NCBI GenBank assembly: GCA_945889315.1
Contig: CAMDBP010000004.1
Coordinates: forward strand, 4,702-68,701
Origin: Chitinophaga pinensis
Lineage (GTDB): Bacteria; Bacteroidota; Bacteroidia; NS11-12g; UBA9320
DNA length: 64,000 nucleotides
Reading direction: 5' to 3'
In this document: in pieces, positions 37,313-46,497 of the stretch
Position numbering within the stretch: the first letter of the stretch is position 1
Layout of the letters: each line of letters opens with the position of its first letter
Program-made: the position numbers and the translations under genes
The notes under the pieces: generated by a model
Databases searched by the model: none
What the model was told of the DNA's origin: nothing
What the model saw: only the letters and a program-made list of their open reading frames with translations

Positions 37313-39697
37313 GTTTCTAAGTGGTTTCCCAGTCTTTAAAATATGCTGTATTCTTTCCAATGTTTTTCGTTCGCCAAGTAAGCTTAAAAACGCTTCTCTT
37401 TCTAGGTTTAATAGGTATTGCTCGGTCACTTTGGTAGCCTGAGTTAGATCTCCCCCGGCCATCACAAAGGCTAATTTTTTACCTATGAGCATGTCGTGCT
37501 GACTAGCATAACCGCTAATTCCAAAGGCTTCTACACCAGAATATAATGCTCCAAGTGCCGTTCTGCCTAGCACCAAAATATCATCTCGTTGTGGTTTTTG
37601 AACGTATCCATCGTGGTGCAGTTCAAGTACCTTTCTTTTGGCTTCCGTAATAACACGACCGCCATTTACCACCACTTCATCCTTATCGTGATGCATCACC
37701 CCGATTTCAAAAGCCTCGTGTCCCGAGGTAGCCACTTTTGCAGTTGCAATAGTTTGAAAACGCTCAATTAAGGTAGGTAACTGTGGGTCACCTGCATAGA
37801 AACTATCGCTTGTACGGACCACAAATTCTTTCGTTCCGCCACCGCCAGGTATAAGTCCTGCACCAGCTTCCACTAATCCAATATAGGTTTCAGCTGCAGC
37901 AATCGCTGAATCGGCGTGTAATGTCATTTCACAACCTCCGCCCAGGGTTAGTCCGTGAGGAGCCACAACCACAGGAATACTGCTGTATCTTAGGCGCATA
38001 ACGGTATTTTGAAAATATTTAATGGCCATATTTAGCTCATCAAACTCCTGCTCTATAGCCAACATAAGCATCATCGCTAAGTTAGCTCCAGCTGAGAAGT
38101 TGGGTGCATCATTGCCAATAACCAAACCTTTCCATCCTTGTGTTTCTGCAATGTCAATCGACTTATTAAGAGCTGCTAACGTGCCGCTTCCTATGGCATT
38201 CATTTTTGAATGAAACTCTAAACATAAAACACCATCACCTATGTCGTGCAAGGTCGCCTCTTTGTTGGTATATACTGGCTCAGGCGTTCTGAAGTTATCT
38301 AATACAATAAACGCTTCAGTACCTGGAATTACTTCATATTCTGCTTTGAGAATATTATAGTATTTGCGTTTACCATATTCTGATTTGTAAAACGTAGTGT
38401 TCCCTTTTGCTTTGAAATCTAAAATCCATTGTGGAACTAAATATCCAGCCTTTTCTATGTTGGCTAATACTTTATCAAAGCCAATTAAATCCCAAGTCTC
38501 AAAAGGTCCCACTTCCCAACCAAATCCAGCACGAAGTGCATCATCTATTTGGTATAAATCATCTGCTATTTCAGGAATACGATTAGCCGAATAAGCGGCA
38601 ATAGCTGTAATTATATCGTGATAAAAATCAGCAGCAGGATCACCCCCGCTGTATAATATTCCTAGTTTACTGCTTAGCCTGTTGGCTCCTCTTGCTTTCC
38701 CGATACTGTCAAATCGAGGCTTGTCTTGAGCATTGTATTCTAGCGTCGTTAGATTAAGTGATTCGATTACGGTATTACCATCCGCATCTTTCCCTTTCTT
38801 ATAAAACCCTTGGCCTGTTTTATCTCCAAGCCAATTATTCTCCAACATTTTTTCTAAAAACGAAGGAATGGTAAACCATTCTTTCATTTCGTCAGCAGGA
38901 CAGTTTTGTCCTACACCGTTTGCTACTTTAACCAAGGTATCCAAGCCAACCAAATCAGATGTTCTGAACGTTGCAGACTTGGGTCTACCTGAAACAGGAC
39001 CTGTAACACTGTCAATCGCTTCAATGCTTAGACCATGCTTACCCATCATTTTAAAGATTGCCATGATACTAAAAACCCCAATTCTATTCGCGATAAATGC
39101 CGGTGTGTCCTTTGCCTTTACCGTAGTTTTGCCTAGAAAAAGATCACCGTAATGCAAGAAGAAGTCTACTACCTCAGGCTTGGTTTTGGACGAAGGGATA
39201 ATTTCTAGAAGCTTAAGATAACGAGGCGGATTGAAAAAGTGTGTACCACAGAAATGTGCCGCAAAATCTTCACTTCTACCAGTCAACATCATCTCTATAG
39301 GTATACCTGACGTATTGGAGGTAATTAACGTACCTGGTTTACGGTATTCCTCTACTTTAGTAAAGAGATCTATTTTAAGATCCAATCTTTCGATAATCAC
39401 CTCTATCACCCAGTCACATTCTTTTATCTTATGCAGGTCATCATCCAAGTTCCCGGTTTTTATTCGCTTTGCAAAATCCTTAATGTAAATGGGACTTGGG
39501 TTACTTTTCAGTGACGATAATAATGCAGCTTGTGCTACTTTAGCATCTATACCGGCTTCACTTTCTTTTGAATGGGGAAAGTTTTTAAGGTCGAGTAGGA
39601 GCACGTCCAAACCAATATTAGCAAAGTGGCACGCTATACGGCTACCCATAACTCCTGAGCCTAGTACGGCTATTTTTCTTATTTTCCTCGTATCCAT
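37310..39697 (-). CDS. fadB: bifunctional 3-hydroxyacyl-CoA dehydrogenase / enoyl-CoA hydratase
   Basis: 795 aa. N-terminal NAD-binding VLGSGVMG 3HCDH domains and a C-terminal crotonase fold. Its start overlaps the TetR stop by 1 nt. Confidence 0.9.
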   Translation of the reverse strand: MDTRKIRKIAVLGSGVMGSRIACHFANIGLDVLLLDLKNFPHSKESEAGIDAKVAQAALLSSLKSNPSPIYIKDFAKRIKTGNLDDDLHKIKECDWVIEVIIERLDLKIDLFTKVEEYRKPGTLITSNTSGIPIEMMLTGRSEDFAAHFCGTHFFNPPRYLKLLEIIPSSKTKPEVVDFFLHYGDLFLGKTTVKAKDTPAFIANRIGVFSIMAIFKMMGKHGLSIEAIDSVTGPVSGRPKSATFRTSDLVGLDTLVKVANGVGQNCPADEMKEWFTIPSFLEKMLENNWLGDKTGQGFYKKGKDADGNTVIESLNLTTLEYNAQDKPRFDSIGKARGANRLSSKLGILYSGGDPAADFYHDIITAIAAYSANRIPEIADDLYQIDDALRAGFGWEVGPFETWDLIGFDKVLANIEKAGYLVPQWILDFKAKGNTTFYKSEYGKRKYYNILKAEYEVIPGTEAFIVLDNFRTPEPVYTNKEATLHDIGDGVLCLEFHSKMNAIGSGTLAALNKSIDIAETQGWKGLVIGNDAPNFSAGANLAMMLMLAIEQEFDELNMAIKYFQNTVMRLRYSSIPVVVAPHGLTLGGGCEMTLHADSAIAAAETYIGLVEAGAGLIPGGGGTKEFVVRTSDSFYAGDPQLPTLIERFQTIATAKVATSGHEAFEIGVMHHDKDEVVVNGGRVITEAKRKVLELHHDGYVQKPQRDDILVLGRTALGALYSGVEAFGISGYASQHDMLIGKKLAFVMAGGDLTQATKVTEQYLLNLEREAFLSLLGERKTLERIQHILKTGKPLRN

Positions 39698-40281
39698 TAT
39701 TTGTATACTTTTTGTCTTTCTAATTCTTTGTATTCCTTTAGCAATCGCTCATTGGTTCGGTGAAGATAGTTTACATCATCCAATAATTTCATCATCAAAA
39801 CAGACCCTTCTATCTCTGCCACCATAAATTCAGCTTTTTCTTTAGCATCTGCCTCATCCAACACAAATGAATACAAGTATTTCATTGTGTTTATCCATTC
39901 TTGAAAGAAGCTTTTAATAACCTGCGTAAAGGCAGGAACGCTGTTTTTGGTTTCTAAACCAATATTAACCAAGAAATCTCCACCCTCTTCAAAAACAAAT
40001 ATCTCTTCTGCGCGCAAAGCCAATTCTTTTAGCCTCTGGTAAGGTTGGAGTGTTTCATCAAACGCTTTATTAAATACCCTAGAAACATAATGGTCTTTAA
40101 GTGCGGTTAATACTTCAAGCATAAGCGATTCTTTACTTTCTATGTAATGGTACATACTACCCTTTAGCAAACCATTTGCTTTAGCGAGATCATTCATAGA
40201 CGTGCCATTGTACCCCATCGTTTTAAATACAGATAGAGAATTCCGGAGTAACGTTTTACGATCTAACTTTGGTTTTGCCAT
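39697..40281 (-). CDS. TetR/AcrR-family transcriptional regulator (first gene of the beta-oxidation operon)
   Basis: N-terminal HTH (FKTMGYNGTSMNDLAKANGLLKGSMYHYIESKE). ATG at 40281 is preferred over the TTG at 40296, which lies inside the predicted -7 box. Confidence 0.85.
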   Translation of the reverse strand: MAKPKLDRKTLLRNSLSVFKTMGYNGTSMNDLAKANGLLKGSMYHYIESKESLMLEVLTALKDHYVSRVFNKAFDETLQPYQRLKELALRAEEIFVFEEGGDFLVNIGLETKNSVPAFTQVIKSFFQEWINTMKYLYSFVLDEADAKEKAEFMVAEIEGSVLMMKLLDDVNYLHRTNERLLKEYKELERQKVYK

Positions 40282-40293
40282 TAATTTATGTTC

Positions 40294-40301
40294 CAAACAT
40301 A
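40294..40301 (-). promoter_or_regulatory. candidate -7 promoter box for the tetR-fad operon (TATGTTTG on minus strand)
   Basis: Plus-strand CAAACATA is the reverse complement of TAnnTTTG. It lies 13 nt upstream of the ATG at 40281. Confidence 0.35.
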
Positions 40302-40318
40302 GGACTAACTTTTTTATG

Positions 40319-40334
40319 TACCAAACGATTGGTA
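40319..40334. promoter_or_regulatory. 16-bp palindrome TACCAAaCGaTTGGTA, candidate TetR operator
   Basis: Perfect 6-nt arms TACCAA/TTGGTA around a 4-nt spacer. It sits where the -33 region of the tetR-fad promoter would lie. Confidence 0.4.
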
Positions 40335-40355
40335 GATTATTTTTTAATACATCTT

Positions 40356-40370
40356 ATATATGGTCCCTTC
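40356..40370. repeat. partial copy of the fad-operon repeat upstream of tetR (ATACATCTTATATAT)
   Basis: The first 10 nt are identical to 35989-35998. It contains TCTTATATA, which matches 8 of 9 nt of the core complement. Confidence 0.5.
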
Positions 40371-40555
40371 TTCTAGCGCTCAGTTTTCCTTTTTGAATAC
40401 AGAATTGCATAATTCTTCATGATCCCTGCGTAAACCTCTTTGTCACTATATATTCTCATTGCTCTTTAAAAAACATCCTATAACGAGTGGATGTTGCATG
40501 TTTTGACTCGGCAAGTCATGATCGAAGCCAATTTTAATAATTACATCTGTATGAT

Positions 40556-40563
40556 TACATTTG
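40556..40563 (+). promoter_or_regulatory. candidate -7 promoter box for metK (TACATTTG)
   Basis: Exact TAnnTTTG match, 26 nt upstream of the metK ATG. Confidence 0.4.
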
Positions 40564-40588
40564 CGACAATATATAAAGACTAAAACAT

Positions 40589-41848
40589 ATGGCATATTTC
40601 TTCACTTCAGAGTCCGTTTCAGAAGGACACCCAGATAAAGTAGCAGATCAAATATCTGATGCGCTTATAGATCACTTTTTAGCATTTGACCCAACCAGTA
40701 AAGTAGCATGTGAAACTTTAGTTACTACGGGTCAAGTTGTATTAGCTGGAGAAGTAAAATCAAATACGTATTTAGACGTTCAGAAAATAGCACGCGAAAC
40801 CATCAATAAAATTGGTTACACCAAAAGTGAGTACATGTTTGATGGCAACTCTTGTGGTGTATTTAGTGCCATACACGAGCAGTCGCCTGACATTAATCAA
40901 GGTGTAGAGCGTAAAAATCCTGAAGACCAGGGAGCTGGAGATCAAGGAATGATGTTTGGGTATGCAACCAACGAAACGGAGAGCTTTATGCCACTTCCGC
41001 TTGAGCTTAGCCATCTATTACTCAAGGAACTTGCAGAGCTTAGACGCGAAAACAATGAAATAAAGTACCTAAGACCGGATAGCAAATCTCAAGTAACCAT
41101 AAAGTACGACGATAACAATAAACCAATAGCTATTGACGCGATTGTTATCTCAACACAACACGACGATTTTGATTCAGAAGAAGTAATGCTTGCTAAAATT
41201 AAAGCCGATGTTATTTCTATTTTAATCCCACGTGTAAAAGCTTTATTACCAGCTGAAACCCAATCACTTTTTACTAATGAGATTACGTATCACGTTAATC
41301 CAACTGGCATATTTGTTATAGGTGGACCACACGGAGACACCGGATTAACAGGACGTAAAATTATAGTTGATACGTATGGTGGAAAAGGTGCACATGGTGG
41401 AGGTGCTTTCTCTGGTAAAGATCCGAGCAAAGTGGACAGAAGCGCAGCTTACGCCACAAGACACGTTGCAAAAAACTTAGTCGCTGCAGGAGTTGCAGAT
41501 GAAGTTTTAGTACAGGTAGCCTACGCAATTGGTGTTGCCAAACCCATGGGATTGTATGTGAACACCTATGGAACTTCGAAAGTAAACATGACTGATGGCG
41601 AAATTGCGGAAGTGTTATTGACTATGCCTAAGTTTGATATGAGACCTTATTTTATCGAGCAAAGATTTAATTTACGGACTCCAATATACTCCGAAACTGC
41701 CGCTTACGGCCACATGGGACGAACAACTGAGACGGTAACTAAGACATTCAAAGACGGCGGAGGAAACATCAAAAGTATAGAGGTGAAACTTTTCCCGTGG
41801 GAAGAATTAAATGTTGTAGCAGATCTTAAACAGACCTTTAGTTTATAG
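40589..41848 (+). CDS. metK: methionine adenosyltransferase
   Basis: [40 protein letters not shown] and GGGAFSGKD motifs. Confidence 0.96.
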   Translation: MAYFFTSESVSEGHPDKVADQISDALIDHFLAFDPTSKVACETLVTTGQVVLAGEVKSNTYLDVQKIARETINKIGYTKSEYMFDGNSCGVFSAIHEQSPDINQGVERKNPEDQGAGDQGMMFGYATNETESFMPLPLELSHLLLKELAELRRENNEIKYLRPDSKSQVTIKYDDNNKPIAIDAIVISTQHDDFDSEEVMLAKIKADVISILIPRVKALLPAETQSLFTNEITYHVNPTGIFVIGGPHGDTGLTGRKIIVDTYGGKGAHGGGAFSGKDPSKVDRSAAYATRHVAKNLVAAGVADEVLVQVAYAIGVAKPMGLYVNTYGTSKVNMTDGEIAEVLLTMPKFDMRPYFIEQRFNLRTPIYSETAAYGHMGRTTETVTKTFKDGGGNIKSIEVKLFPWEELNVVADLKQTFSL

Positions 41849-41862
41849 GTCTGTCTTTATCT
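41830..41862 (+). terminator. possible weak terminator/hairpin overlapping the metK stop
   Basis: ACAGACCT (41830-41837) pairs with AGGTCTGT (41847-41854), with a 9-nt loop, followed by a T-rich tract. Confidence 0.35.
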
Positions 41863-41886
41863 AAATTTACTTATTAAATATAGAAT

Positions 41887-43731
41887 ATGTGTGGAATTGT
41901 AGCGTATTACGGACCAAATCAGGCCTATGACTTCTTAATTAAAGGATTACAACGACTTGAATATAGAGGATATGATAGTGCAGGAATAGCCTTGTTAGAT
42001 GGTGATCTTAAGATTTATAAAAACAAAGGAAAGGTTTCTGAGCTAGAAGCTACCGCTGCGGGTCAAGACATTCGAGGGACTAGAGGTATAGGTCACACCC
42101 GTTGGGCCACCCATGGTGAACCAAACACTGCCAATGCGCATCCACACTTATCGCAAAGTGGTGATATTGCTATAATTCATAACGGAATTATTGAGAATTA
42201 CGCCACGCTCAAAAAAGTACTTGTACAACGAGGTCATACCTTTATGAGTGACACCGATACGGAAGTGCTTATTCACCTTATTGAAGAAATAAAGATCAAC
42301 GAAAAAGTTGATTTATTAGAGGCAGTACGATTAGCTTTAAACGAGGTAATTGGAGCATACGCTATCGTTTTATTGAGTAAAAATGATCCAAACACATTAA
42401 TTGCTGCACGTAAAGGAAGTCCGCTTGTAGTAGGAATAAGCGATACTAAGGGAGAGTTTTTCTTAGCAAGTGATGCCACTCCAATCGTGGAATACACCAA
42501 GACCGTAACCTACATTGATGATAATGAAATTGTTTCTATACACGATGGGGAGATGACCATTAAAACTATTGACAATGTTTACAAATCGGCATTTATACAG
42601 CAGCTAGAAATTAGCCTTGATGTTTTAGAAAAAAGTGGTTATGAGCATTTTATGCTTAAAGAAATTTTTGAGCAACCTAAATCTATCTACGATTCTATGC
42701 GTGGACGATTTGATCCCGTTAATTTAACTTTCGCTATGCGAAGCTTAGAGGAATACGCAAGTAAAATAAAAAACTTAGATAGAATCATCATCGTTGCTTG
42801 CGGAACTTCATGGCACGCAGGCTTAGTGGGAGAATACCTTATCGAAGAATTTGGAAGAATTCCCGTTGAAGTAGAATATGCTTCGGAGTTTAGATATAGA
42901 AACCCCGTAATTTCTGAAAAGGATTTAGTAATCGCTATATCTCAAAGTGGTGAAACTGCAGATACTCTAGCTGCATTAGAATTAGCCAAAGAAAAAGGAG
43001 CAACTATATACGGCATTTGTAATGTTGTAGGCAGTAGCATTCCTCGTTTAACACATGCTGGAGCGTATACCCACGCTGGTCCTGAAATAGGAGTCGCATC
43101 TACCAAAGCATTTACTGCCCAAGTAACGGTACTTACTCTTTTAGCATTAGGCATTGCCGAAATTAGAGGCACCATTTCTCGTGAACGACTTAGAGAAATG
43201 TTTGCAGAACTAGATACTATACCTAAAAAAGTAGAAACTTTATTAGCGAGTTGCCACGAAAAATGTAAAGAAATTGCCGCTATTTATAAAGATTCACCTA
43301 ATTGCCTTTATTTAGGAAGAGGTTATAACTTTCCTGTGGCATTAGAAGGAGCCCTAAAACTGAAGGAAATATCGTATATACATGCAGAAGGTTACCCGGC
43401 TGCAGAGATGAAGCACGGACCCATTGCACTTATTGATGAAGAGATGCCTGTCGTTGTAATCGCAACTAAGCGTAACTACTACGAAAAAGTAGTAAGTAAT
43501 ATTCAAGAAGTAAAAGCACGTAAAGGAAAAATTATAGCTATAGTAACAGAAGGCGACGAAAAAGTCGCTGAAATCGCAGATCATTTCATTGAAATACCAG
43601 ACACAGAAGATTGCCTTACTCCTATCTTAGCTACCATACCATTGCAATTACTTTCTTACTATATAGCAGTAATGCGCGGTTGTAATGTAGATCAGCCTCG
43701 AAATTTGGCTAAATCGGTTACGGTGGAGTAG
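41887..43731 (+). CDS. glmS: glutamine--fructose-6-phosphate aminotransferase
   Basis: N-terminal MCGIV Ntn amidotransferase domain, two SIS domains and a C-terminal KSVTVE. Confidence 0.96.
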   Translation: MCGIVAYYGPNQAYDFLIKGLQRLEYRGYDSAGIALLDGDLKIYKNKGKVSELEATAAGQDIRGTRGIGHTRWATHGEPNTANAHPHLSQSGDIAIIHNGIIENYATLKKVLVQRGHTFMSDTDTEVLIHLIEEIKINEKVDLLEAVRLALNEVIGAYAIVLLSKNDPNTLIAARKGSPLVVGISDTKGEFFLASDATPIVEYTKTVTYIDDNEIVSIHDGEMTIKTIDNVYKSAFIQQLEISLDVLEKSGYEHFMLKEIFEQPKSIYDSMRGRFDPVNLTFAMRSLEEYASKIKNLDRIIIVACGTSWHAGLVGEYLIEEFGRIPVEVEYASEFRYRNPVISEKDLVIAISQSGETADTLAALELAKEKGATIYGICNVVGSSIPRLTHAGAYTHAGPEIGVASTKAFTAQVTVLTLLALGIAEIRGTISRERLREMFAELDTIPKKVETLLASCHEKCKEIAAIYKDSPNCLYLGRGYNFPVALEGALKLKEISYIHAEGYPAAEMKHGPIALIDEEMPVVVIATKRNYYEKVVSNIQEVKARKGKIIAIVTEGDEKVAEIADHFIEIPDTEDCLTPILATIPLQLLSYYIAVMRGCNVDQPRNLAKSVTVE

Positions 43732-43785
43732 TTTCGAACGGGTACTGAGTTGATTACCCTGGGCTAAAACTTATGGTCTAAGTAT

Positions 43786-43819
43786 GCCTTCGTCTATTGA
43801 ATAACGAAGGTATATTTTT
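43786..43819 (+). terminator. rho-independent-type terminator of glmS
   Basis: CCTTCGT (43787-43793) pairs with ACGAAGG (43804-43810), with a 10-nt loop, followed by TATATTTTT. It overlaps the 3' end of the convergent small gene. Confidence 0.5.
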
Positions 43820-44180
43820 CGAAAAAGAGACCCATTAACGGTTCCTTTGAATTACTAACAGAATATTCTGTTAGGTCTGACACATCCCAAACACGAGAAG
43901 AATCAGATGATGCAATTGTACAACTGTATAAAGAATTCAAAACATTATATTCTATAGCTGAGTTGCTATTTAATCCGTGGCGCGCATTTGGTATCCCTGA
44001 AATAATCGAGCTGGGAATTGTATCCAGATAGGAGTTCCCGCCAATACTCCAGCTTACGTATAAATCCATGTCAGTTTCGTTTACCAACATGAAATCATAC
44101 ACATAAGAATTGTCTTTCTCACAGGACGTAAGAAGAATTCAAATTGATAAGAAGATAGATAAAAGAATAACTTTTCTCAT
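43794..44180 (-). pseudogene. small lipoprotein gene interrupted by an in-frame TGA in its signal peptide
   Basis: ATG at 44178-44180 opens MRKVILLSIFLSI, followed by TGA (44139-44141). ILLTSCEKDNSY then continues in the same frame into the 102-aa ORF 43794-44102. LLTSC is a lipobox. Confidence 0.45.
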
Positions 44181-44404
44181 GTATGCAAATATAGTGACGC
44201 ATTGTAGATTTTGCCCTTGATCATTATTGCTTGACAAGGGTATCAAGTTCTAAAAACGGATAGACAATTTAAAGGATCCCGTTCCTTTAATCCACTAGAT
44301 TATACATAACATAAATAATCTATCATCTGAACCTTTGATGAATTTTCATCTTAGTAAATTTAAGCCTAAACTTGCAACCATAAAAAGAATTCTTATTTGC
44401 TAGA

Positions 44405-46456
44405 ATGCACATTAAAAAATCAGTATACGAAAGAGCGCTGCTAGACATATTTAAAGCTAGGGCAATGGCTAAAATCTATGACGATAATAGGCAAATTACC
44501 AGCTATGTGCACAGTACTTCTAAAGGACATGAAGCAATTCAGCTAGCCACAGCATATCAATTAAAAGAGATTGACTGGGTGGCGCCTTATTATCGAGATG
44601 AATCTATATTGTTGGGTATTGGCATGACACCCTATCAGCTTATGCTACAACTTTTGGCTAAAGGAGACGATCCGTTTTCCGGTGGTCGTACGTACTATTC
44701 TCATCCGTCATTATTAGATGCAGACAAACCTAAAATTGCACATCAGAGCAGTGCTACGGGTATGCAAGCTATTCCTACTACGGGCATAGCGCATGGGCTT
44801 CAGTATCTTAAAAACAATAAACTGAATGAGATTGGCACCAATGGCTCTATCGTAGTATGCTCTATAGGAGATGGATCTATGACAGAAGGGGAAGTTTCTG
44901 AAGCGCTTCAAATGGCTGCTTTGCATCAACTCCCTATTCTCTATTTGGTTCAAGACAATGACTGGGGTATAAGTGCTAGTGGCGCCGAAATGCGTGCTAT
45001 GAATGCGTACGAGTTTGCGGCTGGCTTTAAAGGAATACGAAGAACACAAGTTGACGGCAGTAATTTTGAAGAAAGTTATGCTGAAATGAGCAAGGCGGTT
45101 AAGTGGGTTCGCATGAACCAAAAACCCATGCTTGTGCACGCCAAAGTGCCTTTACTTGGCCACCATACTAGCGGTGTACGAAGCGAATGGTATAGGGATG
45201 ATTTAGAAGAAGATCAAAAGGAAGATCCTCTTGCATTTTTAATCGAGCAAGCCAAAATTAAAGGTATTAGACCCTATAAAATAGAGGAACTTCAGGCAAC
45301 AGCCGAACAAGAAGTTTTAAGTGATTTTGAACGAGCAAAAGCAGCCAGTGCTCCTGCACTTGACACCGTAACGGATTTTGTATTAGCACAAACAACCGTA
45401 ACAGCAGAATTAGGCGATAGACACCCACTAAATGCAGAAACGATCATTATGGTTGATGCTGCATTGCACGCTGTTGACGAGATTCTTGCGGACCACCCTG
45501 AAGCCTTACTTTATGGTCAAGACGTAGGTCACCGACTAGGAGGTGTATTCAGAGAAGCTGCTACACTTGCGCAAAAACATGGAAAACACCGCGTGTTTAA
45601 CACCCCAATACAAGAAGCCTATATTATAGGTTCTACGGCCGGAATGAGTGCCGTAGGTTGTAAACCTATTGTAGAAGTACAATTTGCAGATTATATCTGG
45701 CCAGGAATCAATCAGTTGGTAACCGAATTGTCTAAGAGCAGTTATTTAAGTGGCGGTAAATTCCCAGTACAAGCCGTGATACGCGTGCCTACTGGCGCCT
45801 ACGGCGGTGGCGGACCTTATCACAGTGGCACAAATGAATCTTCTATTTTGCCTATAAAAGGCATAAAAATAGTGTACCCAAGCAACGCTGCAGATATGAA
45901 AGGGCTTATGAAAGCTGCTTTTTACGACCCGAATCCCGTGGTAATGTTTGAGCACAAAGGACTATATTGGAGTAAAGTGCCTGGGACAGAAGGTGCTAAA
46001 TCGCCTGAACCAAGTAAGGATTACATTATCCCTTTGGGCAAAGCACGTATACATCAAGAAGCAAGTGAGGAAGCGTTAGAAAATGGTGAATCACTTACAA
46101 TTATAACCTACGGTATGGGTGTTTGGTGGGCTACTAATGCTTCAAAATCATTCCCCGGTCAGGTAGAGATAGTTGATTTAAGAACGTTAAGTCCTTGTGA
46201 TAATGACGCTATATATGCTAGTGTAAAGCGTCATGGAAAGGTGATTGTACTTACAGAAGAAACGCTTAACAATTCGTTTGCACAAGCCATTGCCGGTAGA
46301 ATTCAAGAGCACTGTTTTCAGCAGTTAGATGCTCCCGTAAAATGTTTAGGTTCGCTCGATTTACCAGCCGTTCCTCTTAACGTAGATTTGGAAAAAGAAA
46401 TGCTTCCGAATGCGGATAAAGTAGCGCGTGCAATAGCTGATTTATTAAGCTACTAA
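44405..46456 (+). CDS. fused alpha/beta E1 component of a 2-oxoacid (branched-chain type) dehydrogenase
   Basis: 683 aa. The N-terminal half has the TPP-binding E1-alpha motif (GDGSMTEGEV..A...A). The C-terminal half is the transketolase-like E1-beta (FNTPIQEA...). Confidence 0.85.
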   Translation: MHIKKSVYERALLDIFKARAMAKIYDDNRQITSYVHSTSKGHEAIQLATAYQLKEIDWVAPYYRDESILLGIGMTPYQLMLQLLAKGDDPFSGGRTYYSHPSLLDADKPKIAHQSSATGMQAIPTTGIAHGLQYLKNNKLNEIGTNGSIVVCSIGDGSMTEGEVSEALQMAALHQLPILYLVQDNDWGISASGAEMRAMNAYEFAAGFKGIRRTQVDGSNFEESYAEMSKAVKWVRMNQKPMLVHAKVPLLGHHTSGVRSEWYRDDLEEDQKEDPLAFLIEQAKIKGIRPYKIEELQATAEQEVLSDFERAKAASAPALDTVTDFVLAQTTVTAELGDRHPLNAETIIMVDAALHAVDEILADHPEALLYGQDVGHRLGGVFREAATLAQKHGKHRVFNTPIQEAYIIGSTAGMSAVGCKPIVEVQFADYIWPGINQLVTELSKSSYLSGGKFPVQAVIRVPTGAYGGGGPYHSGTNESSILPIKGIKIVYPSNAADMKGLMKAAFYDPNPVVMFEHKGLYWSKVPGTEGAKSPEPSKDYIIPLGKARIHQEASEEALENGESLTIITYGMGVWWATNASKSFPGQVEIVDLRTLSPCDNDAIYASVKRHGKVIVLTEETLNNSFAQAIAGRIQEHCFQQLDAPVKCLGSLDLPAVPLNVDLEKEMLPNADKVARAIADLLSY

Positions 46457-46497
46457 ATTACCAAGAAAATGAAATAGGCTTTAGGCCGATACTGTGT

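Noticed and set aside
40397-40588. Possible SAM riboswitch in the long non-coding region upstream of metK
   Set aside because: I see none of the SAM-I core strings (CUUAUC...AGAG, GAGGGA, GCAACC) and no convincing SAM-II/V AAAGCU pseudoknot. An exact -7 box at 40556-40563 would leave only a ~20-nt leader. A covariance-model scan (Rfam SAM, SAM-II, SAM-V) would settle it.
44183-44404. Overlapping small palindromes (CCCTTG...CAAGGG, CTTGAT...ATCAAG, TTAAAGGA...TCCTTTAA) in the region upstream of the E1 gene
   Set aside because: The stems are short (6-8 bp) in AT-rich intergenic DNA, with no T-tract or repeat copies elsewhere in the window. That is not enough to call a regulatory element or ncRNA.
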